This document shows, one piece after another, positions 57,943 to 64,000 of a DNA stretch of 64,000 bases. A program made the translations under genes and the position numbers. The stretch's first letter is position 1; each line of letters opens with the position of its first letter. The notes below the pieces were generated by a model that saw only the letters and a program-made list of their open reading frames with translations, was not told the DNA's origin and searched no databases. The DNA comes from a virus (Duplodnaviria > Caudoviricetes), in IMG/VR virus record IMGVR_UViG_3300010367_000128, positions 605 to 64,604 of that record, one strand, 5' to 3'.

Positions 57943-58406
57943 CCGCTCCAGCAATGCGCGCGGTCATGCGCATGCGGAACAGGATGTACGCGCGCCGCCC
58001 GCTCAAGCCGCACATATTCCTGGCCTACCCCGGAAGCGGGGACCCGCGATGGATTGCCACCTATGGCGTTTACACGGGATATGGCGCCAGCGCCGTGGAA
58101 GCCGAGGAAGACCTGGCCCGCTTCGCTGGCGCCTGTCGGGCTCGACTCGTTCTTCACCACCTATACGCGCAAGCACCTGCCGCCACCGTGGAGACCCAAA
58201 CCGTGACCAATCCACGTCCCAGCTTCTACAAGCCCCACCTCAGCGTCAACGTCATCCCCGGCAACTCGCAGAAGTTCCGCTGGCGCGCGACGTTCGAAGG
58301 CATCGACGGATTCGGCCGAAGCCCGCGCGCCGCCATGATCTATCTGGAGGCCGAGTACAAGAAGCGCCTATGCACTGCGTACGTCCCATGGAGGGCAACG
58401 TCATGA
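57939..58406 (+). CDS. Hypothetical protein
   Basis: AAGGGGG RBS; two weak internal repeats (KPH......W.AT..G..G.G.S...A). Confidence 0.62.
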   Translation: MTAPAMRAVMRMRNRMYARRPLKPHIFLAYPGSGDPRWIATYGVYTGYGASAVEAEEDLARFAGACRARLVLHHLYAQAPAATVETQTVTNPRPSFYKPHLSVNVIPGNSQKFRWRATFEGIDGFGRSPRAAMIYLEAEYKKRLCTAYVPWRATS

Positions 58407-58507
58407 ACGACCGAACGAAAGCCATGGCCTGGGTATTCGCCGCTGCCTGGATCGTGCTGGCCTGCATCTCGGCGGCCTTTACCACGGCACTGATGGGTGA
58501 TCGATGA
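58403..58507 (+). CDS. 34-aa single-TM peptide
   Basis: GGAGG RBS; hydrophobic helix. Confidence 0.5.
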   Translation: MNDRTKAMAWVFAAAWIVLACISAAFTTALMGDR

Positions 58508-58743
58508 CCACCCGCCTCTCTCCCCCCAACCCTGACCGAGTCCGTGAGGCACGCCTACAGGCTGGCCTCACACAAAGCGAAGCGGCGTCCGTGGTGCATT
58601 CCACCGGCCGACGCTGGCGCGAATGGGAAGCCGGCGACCACCGGATGCCCCCTGCCTCCTGGGAGCTGTTCCTCCTGCGCACCCAGGCCGTGATCTTCAC
58701 CGAGCCGGCCGAACTGGCCGACATGCCACCCGTCAAGGAATAA
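58504..58743 (+). CDS. XRE-type HTH regulator (Aca-like)
   Basis: P.P..VREARLQAGLTQSEAA.......WREWEAG..RMP.A.WELF. Confidence 0.82.
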   Translation: MTTRLSPPNPDRVREARLQAGLTQSEAASVVHSTGRRWREWEAGDHRMPPASWELFLLRTQAVIFTEPAELADMPPVKE

Positions 58744-58747
58744 TCCG

Positions 58748-59779
58748 ATGCGTTCTTCACTCCTCAGTTTGGGCCGAGCTATCGGCCACGTACTCACCTA
58801 CGCCGCCGAGGCATCCCTTGTGATGCTTGCGTTCATGCTCGCCATCGTGGTCTCCAACATGTTGCTCAATGTTTGGGAGAGCGCAGGAATTAGCGGCGTC
58901 GTGAAGGGAATTTTGACCGTCCTGGTGATTCTCACGGCCGTTAAGTTCGGCTCTTTGCGCACGCGTACACGCGAAATTCTCGATAGCCGTCAGCAACTTA
59001 CGAGACAGTTGCTTATGGTGGAGGAAGAAATTGTGCAAGTTGGCGCGGACGTTCGGGCCATGACGGAGGCCACCAGCGAGGGCGTCAAGGCGATGCGAGA
59101 CGCGCTGGAGGCGACACTGCAAGCCGTGCTGAACATGGAGGCGACCAGGCCACCTGTGGATTTCGTCAGTGACGAGAAGTTCGAAACGCTGCCCGAGAGC
59201 GTGAAAGCCAAGTTGCGCGGTGGTGACACTACCTTGGGCGAGTTCGCCAAGTCGGAACCCGACCCGAAGCGGTTCCAGTTCTCCGAGGAGGAGTACGCGA
59301 GCCTGGCGCGTGAGCCGGTGAAGCCGCCCACCCAGGGCGTGGCGGACGTGACGCTGGGCGATCAAAGCGGATTCGGCCAGCCTGCGGTCGACTACCGATC
59401 GACGCTTGCCATGGAGGAGGCCGCGCGCCATCGCCGGGTGGCCGAGCTGCGGCAGGACTTGGCCACCGAGAAGCACGAAGGGCGGCGGAGGGGCTTGCTC
59501 GACGAACTGACGCACCTGTCGCTGCGGGTGGACGCGGGCAACTGGCCCAGCCACGCGCCGGACGAGAAAGGCGCCTCAGCGCTGTTCGCCAGCGGGCAGG
59601 GCAAGCAAGTGAACGTGCTGGCCAGCGAGGAGACCGTGGAGTGCGAAACCTGCGGCGGTCGAGGCGAGGGAGTCGAACCGTATGTCGGCGGCGGCGGCAG
59701 GCACCAGGAGCGCACGGTGCCGTGCCCCGACTGCGATGGCCAGGGCTTCACCTTGGTGACCAAGGCGGGCGACGAGTAG
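58748..59779 (+). CDS. Membrane protein with coiled coil, scaffold-like motif and DnaJ-type zinc finger
   Basis: Two N-terminal TM helices; DEKFETLPESVKAKLRG; CETCGGRG...CPDCDGQG. Confidence 0.75.
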   Translation: MRSSLLSLGRAIGHVLTYAAEASLVMLAFMLAIVVSNMLLNVWESAGISGVVKGILTVLVILTAVKFGSLRTRTREILDSRQQLTRQLLMVEEEIVQVGADVRAMTEATSEGVKAMRDALEATLQAVLNMEATRPPVDFVSDEKFETLPESVKAKLRGGDTTLGEFAKSEPDPKRFQFSEEEYASLAREPVKPPTQGVADVTLGDQSGFGQPAVDYRSTLAMEEAARHRRVAELRQDLATEKHEGRRRGLLDELTHLSLRVDAGNWPSHAPDEKGASALFASGQGKQVNVLASEETVECETCGGRGEGVEPYVGGGGRHQERTVPCPDCDGQGFTLVTKAGDE

Positions 59780-59781
59780 CC

Positions 59782-60114
59782 ATGCACCCACGCCGCCCCA
59801 TGGAGCCCAACAGCAAGGCCAGCCGCATCCTGCGCGTGCTGGCCGAGGGACCGGCCACCACTGCCGAGGTGGCCGCTGAACTCGACCTACCCATCAAGAT
59901 CACCTGCGCCCACCTGGGCAACCTGGTGATCCGGGGCAAGGCCCGCAAGCGCCGGTTCACCGGCAAGGGCCACGGCAAGACGATGCTCTGGAGTCTTCCC
60001 GAGCACGATATCGACAGGCATACTCACCGCGCGCCATCGACCCCGGTGGTGCACCCGGCCCCTGCGGAGTTCCTTGGCGACGCAGGGGCCGGCCCTTCCA
60101 AGCCGAGGCGTTGA
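59782..60114 (+). CDS. Winged-helix DNA-binding protein
   Basis: RILRVLAEGPATTAEVAAELDL......HL.NL...G. Confidence 0.7.
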   Translation: MHPRRPMEPNSKASRILRVLAEGPATTAEVAAELDLPIKITCAHLGNLVIRGKARKRRFTGKGHGKTMLWSLPEHDIDRHTHRAPSTPVVHPAPAEFLGDAGAGPSKPRR

Positions 60115-60145
60115 CCAACTTTCGCCGGCAATCCCCCTGCCGCAG

Positions 60146-60169
60146 ACCCGCCCCGAGCGGGTTTTTTTT
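60146..60169 (+). terminator. Rho-independent terminator
   Basis: ACCCGC-CCCGA-GCGGGT ending in a T8 run. Confidence 0.8.
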
Positions 60170-60309
60170 CGCCCCAAGCAGGGCTATCCGGCGGTATGCG
60201 CCTGGGGGCCGGTGATTGTTCATACCGTACCGGTGTTTCTGCACACCACATGGCCATCGATCGGCTTATTGGAACGAAACCGCGAACGATGACGTAGGCG
60301 GTTATAGCC

Positions 60310-60430
60310 TATCGTATGCCACTGCATAAGCCACTGCATTACCACGGCACTACCCGTGGATATGCCCCCGCGATGCCATTCAATAGTCATAGTCATAAAG
60401 AGCTATAGAACCCCTATAGTCCCCTTCCCG
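60310..60430. repeat. Intergenic iteron-like array (candidate second origin)
   Basis: GCCACTGCAT x2 plus degenerate copies at 11-12 bp spacing, ATAGTC repeats, 18/20 match to the initiator-internal array. Confidence 0.6.
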
Positions 60431-60479
60431 TTTGGCCTAGCCCGCCTGTATCGTTCGCGCTACACCGGGGAGCAACGCC

Positions 60480-60986
60480 ATGGCCAATCAGCGAGACAGC
60501 GAGACGCCTGGCCCTGCCTTTTGGCTCCAGGTGCGTCTCCTTCGCCTGCTCGGCTGGAGCAACGGGCTGGAAGGCTGGTTGTCCCTGATGGCCACCTGCT
60601 GGGGCCTGTCGCTCCTGGTCTATCCGAGCTACTGGACGCAGACCTGGAGCGCCTACCGCAGCGAATGGCCGATCACGCCGATCCACATGGCGTGGGTGCT
60701 GACGATCTCCGGCGCGCTGGGCCTGGGCAGCATGAAGACCCGGAGCCGGCACTGGCGCATGCAAACCAGCGTGCTCGCCTTCATCGCCTGGGCCTGTCTG
60801 GCCGTCTACGACCTGGCCGTGCCGCCGCTGCCGCTGGTGCAGGCGTTCGTCATGCACAGCCTGATCGCCATCGCCGAGCTGGGCGTGTACGTACGCATCC
60901 TGATCGGCTTCGACTCCAAGACCTCGCAGCTGGCCAGCTACATCGAACGCCCCACCGACAAGGACGACGGCGCATGGAAGTCCTGA
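60480..60986 (+). CDS. Four-TM membrane protein (holin/antiholin candidate)
   Basis: GGGAG RBS; four hydrophobic segments; starts the lysis block. Confidence 0.6.
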   Translation: MANQRDSETPGPAFWLQVRLLRLLGWSNGLEGWLSLMATCWGLSLLVYPSYWTQTWSAYRSEWPITPIHMAWVLTISGALGLGSMKTRSRHWRMQTSVLAFIAWACLAVYDLAVPPLPLVQAFVMHSLIAIAELGVYVRILIGFDSKTSQLASYIERPTDKDDGAWKS

Positions 60987-61372
60987 AAGACATCATCGAA
61001 ATGGCCAAGCAGTACGGCGTGATCGGCGCCGGCTGGATTCTCGTCTTCGGTGGCGTCGTGTGGGTCGCGGGCCACGGCGGCAAGATGGCCTTGAAGAACG
61101 TGAAGGAGCTGCTGGACGCCAGCGACAAGCTGCGGTTGTCCATGCAAGACCAGCTCGATCGCGCCAACCAGTCCGAGCGCGAGACGGACATGCAGAACCG
61201 CCGGCTGGTGATCGAGAACGCCGACCTGCGAGCCTCGATCGATCAGATGCGCCGCGACATGGAGCGGGCCGCCGCCCGGGCCGACCGCATCGAGCGCGAC
61301 AACCAGGACGCCCAGGTGCGCATTCGGACCCTTACCGAGGAACTTCGGTCCCTCTCCGCGAGGCTGACGTGA
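60974..61372 (+). CDS. TM plus coiled-coil protein (holin candidate)
   Basis: One N-terminal TM helix, long heptad tail. Confidence 0.62.
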   Translation: MEVLKDIIEMAKQYGVIGAGWILVFGGVVWVAGHGGKMALKNVKELLDASDKLRLSMQDQLDRANQSERETDMQNRRLVIENADLRASIDQMRRDMERAAARADRIERDNQDAQVRIRTLTEELRSLSARLT

Positions 61373-61692
61373 ATGCGCGCGAACGGCTTACCCGCTTGGT
61401 CGAAGATGCCGAGGCCGCTGCATCCGGTGGCCACGCCACGGTCGCCGAACGCCTGCTCCAGCACCGTGAACTGCTCGTGGCGATCCGCGAGCAGATCGAT
61501 GCGAACGCACGCCTGCGTGATGCCGTGCTCGAAATGCTGGCGCTGGTGCGCCTGTACCCGGTCTATTCGACAGACTTTCGCGATGGCTCGGCACCGACCC
61601 GTCACCGCTGGGGCCTGCGTCCCGGCAAGGCCGAGGCGTTTGACCGCGCCATCGAAAAACTGAGCCTGATCGCCAGGGAGCCCACTGCATGA
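61369..61692 (+). CDS. Hypothetical protein
   Basis: GAGG RBS, GTGA coupling. Confidence 0.55.
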   Translation: MNARERLTRLVEDAEAAASGGHATVAERLLQHRELLVAIREQIDANARLRDAVLEMLALVRLYPVYSTDFRDGSAPTRHRWGLRPGKAEAFDRAIEKLSLIAREPTA

Positions 61693-62666
61693 ACGCCTTA
61701 GCCACCGCCGTCCAACGCACGTTCAAGCCGCCGCGCGAAGTCAGCGCCAGCGGCATGTCCTTCATCCAGCACGCCGAGGGCGAGCCGGGCACCGGCAAAC
61801 CCATGCTCACCGCCTACCAGGACGACAAGGGCGTGTGGACGATCGGCTGGGGCCACACGGCGGGCGTTGTGCCCGGCATGCGCATCACCGTGGGCCAAGC
61901 CATAGGCCTGCTCGATAGCGATCTCGACCAGGCGGAAAACGCCGTCGCGACTATGGTGCTGGTGCCGCTCAACGACAACCAGTTCGACGCGCTGGTCTCG
62001 CTGGTGTTCAACATCGGCGTCGAGGCCTTCCGTGCCTCGACCTTGCTGCGCGTGCTGAACCAGGGTCGTTACGACTTGGTGCCGGCGGAAATGGCACGCT
62101 GGAACAAGATCAAGCCCAAGGGTAAGCCGTCGCGCGTGGTGCCGGGCCTGACCAATCGCCGCGCCAGTGAGGCAGCGCTGTTCCTCACCGTGCCATCGAT
62201 GTTGCCCTTGCCGCTGCTTGGCACTGTCGACGCGGCCAAGCGGCTGGGCAGCAACGACCCACAGGAGGCACCCGACTTCTCGCAGGTCGAGGCCAGCGTG
62301 GTCCCCGACGACGAGAACATCACGATGGCCTCATCGCCCGCCATGATCCCGGTGGCCGCGACCGGACCGTCGCCAGCGGTCGAGCTGTCCAACATCACGC
62401 CCACGCCACCGGCCAATTCGGTCGTGCAGACCCCGGCCGGCAAGACCGGCATCGCCGCCTTGTTCGCGGGCACGGGTGGCCTGGTCACCGAGGGCTATGC
62501 CCAGCTCCAGCCGCTTATCGATGCGTGGCGCTCGATCACCTGGGGCACCGCCGGGCTGGGCTCGTGGGCCAAGGTGATCGGCGTGGTTTTCATCGTCGGC
62601 GCGCTGGGCTTCACCGCCTGGTCGCTTTGGCAGCAGCACCGCAAGTTGTCGGGGAGGAAAGTGTGA
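61689..62666 (+). CDS. Endolysin, GH24 lysozyme with C-terminal membrane segment
   Basis: EG..AYQDDKGVWTIGWGHT, LNDNQFDALVSLVFNIG, GLTNRRASE. Confidence 0.92.
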   Translation: MNALATAVQRTFKPPREVSASGMSFIQHAEGEPGTGKPMLTAYQDDKGVWTIGWGHTAGVVPGMRITVGQAIGLLDSDLDQAENAVATMVLVPLNDNQFDALVSLVFNIGVEAFRASTLLRVLNQGRYDLVPAEMARWNKIKPKGKPSRVVPGLTNRRASEAALFLTVPSMLPLPLLGTVDAAKRLGSNDPQEAPDFSQVEASVVPDDENITMASSPAMIPVAATGPSPAVELSNITPTPPANSVVQTPAGKTGIAALFAGTGGLVTEGYAQLQPLIDAWRSITWGTAGLGSWAKVIGVVFIVGALGFTAWSLWQQHRKLSGRKV

Positions 62667-62887
62667 TGCTCCCCACCGAAGCCCGTACCCACGTCGGCCA
62701 GAACGTCGTCGCGTTCCGGTTCGCCATCAACGAGCGCGTGCGCCTCACCGATGCCGATTGCGTGGGCCGTATCCGCGAGCAATGCAACACCGCCAACGGC
62801 CATGAGTACCTGGTCGCCTACTTCGACAGCGACAAGGTGATGCGCACGGAGACGCTGACCGATGCCGAGCTGGAGAAGCTGTCATGA
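62666..62887 (+). CDS. Small SH3-like hypothetical protein
   Basis: GGAGG RBS; F.I.ERV......G.I........EYLVAY. Confidence 0.62.
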   Translation: MLPTEARTHVGQNVVAFRFAINERVRLTDADCVGRIREQCNTANGHEYLVAYFDSDKVMRTETLTDAELEKLS

Positions 62888-63321
62888 CCCGTGCCCTCGC
62901 CATCGTGTGCCTCCTCCTGGCCATCGCGCTGGGCATCGCCATCTACGTCGCCAACGATCGCCAGGGCCAGATCAATCTCCTGGCCCAGGACAACCGCGCC
63001 AAAGCGCAGGCGTTGGCCGAGGCGGCCGACACCTCGCGCACCAACAGCGCCACCATCGTCACGCTCCAAGGCAAGCTAAGCGTCGCCGCTGGCCACGCCC
63101 AAGACCTGCAACGCCGCCTCGACACGGCAAACCATGACCTGGCCGACGCGGACACCGCACGCGTCAAGGCCCAACGCGAGGCCGAGAAGGCCAGAGGATT
63201 GATCTATGCACACGATCCGGCATCTGCCGAGTATGGCCGCGCTCTCATGCCTGGCCCTCTGTCTGAGCGCCTGCGGCAGCGCTACGAAGCCCTCCGCGAT
63301 CGTCCGCCAGGAGGTGATTGA
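62884..63321 (+). CDS. Rz: Inner-membrane spanin
   Basis: N-terminal TM then coiled coil; after endolysin. Confidence 0.78.
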   Translation: MTRALAIVCLLLAIALGIAIYVANDRQGQINLLAQDNRAKAQALAEAADTSRTNSATIVTLQGKLSVAAGHAQDLQRRLDTANHDLADADTARVKAQREAEKARGLIYAHDPASAEYGRALMPGPLSERLRQRYEALRDRPPGGD

Positions 63322-63562
63322 CGCGCCACGGGCGCAGTACGTGCCGATCCCGGGCAACTTCACCGCGCACCCGAGCCTGCCACCGCTACCCCAGCCAGCC
63401 AAGGTCGACGGCAGTGTGTGCAAGGACGGCTGTTTCTCCAACGATCAGGTGCAGGCCATCCTCGACGCCCTGATCACCACGGCAGGCCAGTGCTTCGATC
63501 GCCTGGACACCGTCAACCGCCTGTCGCGCCAGACCACGGCGCCAAAGGAACCCACGCCATGA
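63206..63562 (+). CDS. Rz1: Outer-membrane lipoprotein spanin
   Basis: Overlaps Rz in another frame; lipobox LSAC; Pro-rich; GAGGA RBS. Confidence 0.8.
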   Translation: MHTIRHLPSMAALSCLALCLSACGSATKPSAIVRQEVIDAPRAQYVPIPGNFTAHPSLPPLPQPAKVDGSVCKDGCFSNDQVQAILDALITTAGQCFDRLDTVNRLSRQTTAPKEPTP

Positions 63563-63747
63563 CCCCCATCACCATCACGTTCGGCCTGCTTTTCGTCCTG
63601 TTCTTCGTCTCCGCCACGGTCTCGATCGTGCTGGGCGTGGCCGCGAAGGAGCACCGCACGTCCACCTTTTGGTTCCGCATCGCGGTGATGTCCGCCTTGC
63701 TGGCGCTCCTGATCGCACGCGGCTTGAGGACGGTCACCACCGCATGA
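63559..63747 (+). CDS. Small two-TM membrane protein
   Basis: AAGGA RBS; two hydrophobic segments. Confidence 0.6.
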   Translation: MTPITITFGLLFVLFFVSATVSIVLGVAAKEHRTSTFWFRIAVMSALLALLIARGLRTVTTA

Positions 63748-63926
63748 CGGACATCGATCAATGGCTGGCCACGATGGCCACCGAACCGGGCCTCGACGAG
63801 CTGCGCCTTGCCTCGTCGAGGCTTACCACTATCATCCGCGCCATGCCCGATAGCGAATACCGCCATCTGGCAGAGTGCAAACTCGGCGATGCCATCGCGA
63901 TGGCCTTCGTCGCCGCCAAGCAGTAA
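63744..63926 (+). CDS. Small helical-hairpin protein, possibly Acb2/Tad1-like
   Basis: PDS..R.LA..KL.DA...A..A pattern. Confidence 0.55.
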   Translation: MTDIDQWLATMATEPGLDELRLASSRLTTIIRAMPDSEYRHLAECKLGDAIAMAFVAAKQ

Positions 63927-63949
63927 CCCGCCTAGCCAAGGAGCCAACC

Positions 63950-64000
63950 GTGCAAACGAAAGTTCTACCGGAACAGATCCAGGCGCTACTCCAGCGCGTC
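63950..64000 (+). CDS. 5' end of ORF (truncated)
   Basis: AAGGAG RBS, GTG start, MQTKVLPEQIQALLQRV. Confidence 0.55.
   Translation, partial: MQTKVLPEQIQALLQRV

Larger units (their letters stand above)
1..64000. mobile_element. Tailed dsDNA bacteriophage (podovirus-like), near-complete genome; both ends truncated inside ORFs
   Basis: Terminase, portal, scaffold, capsid, tail, ejection, recombination, replication and lysis modules; dense ATGA/TGATG-coupled genes; no tape measure or sheath recognised; no host housekeeping flanks. Confidence 0.96.

Noticed and set aside
60356-60973. 338-aa ORF starting in the repeat array
   Set aside because: Overlaps the four-TM gene; only the part from ATG 60974 looks coding
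1-64000. tRNA, rRNA or alternative genetic code
   Set aside because: No cloverleaf seen in the few intergenic gaps; genes are intact under the standard code with all three stops used

Overview
The window is nearly all of a GC-rich (roughly 65% by eye) tailed dsDNA phage genome with podovirus-type architecture. Its SSB looks host-derived and points to Xanthomonadales/Rhodanobacteraceae (inference). Order: KTSC, TerS/TerL, P22-like portal, scaffold, N4-gp56-type capsid, head/tail genes, ejection proteins and a 2730-aa polyvalent protein (PLxRFG, two ART-like domains); a leftward SSB/SMC-like/RecT/RecE/DUF2303/Lar operon; a rightward Cro-like/YdaU initiator/loader/VRR-NUC operon; two long operons of small accessory ORFs, each behind a sigma70 promoter and each linked to an Aca-like HTH; then lysis genes. 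I found no integrase, CI repressor, DNA polymerase, tRNA or CRISPR array. Main observations: (1) a membrane protein carries a copy of the scaffold C-terminal motif; (2) two RBS-bearing ORFs are nested in the +1 frame of the giant gene; (3) unrelated genes share identical start and end boundary sequences, like swappable cassettes; (4) origin-like repeat arrays recur 15-18 kb from the initiator gene; (5) candidate Aca-regulated anti-defence operons share operator motifs; (6) the capsid gene has a long structured leader. All family calls come from motif recognition by eye, not database searches.
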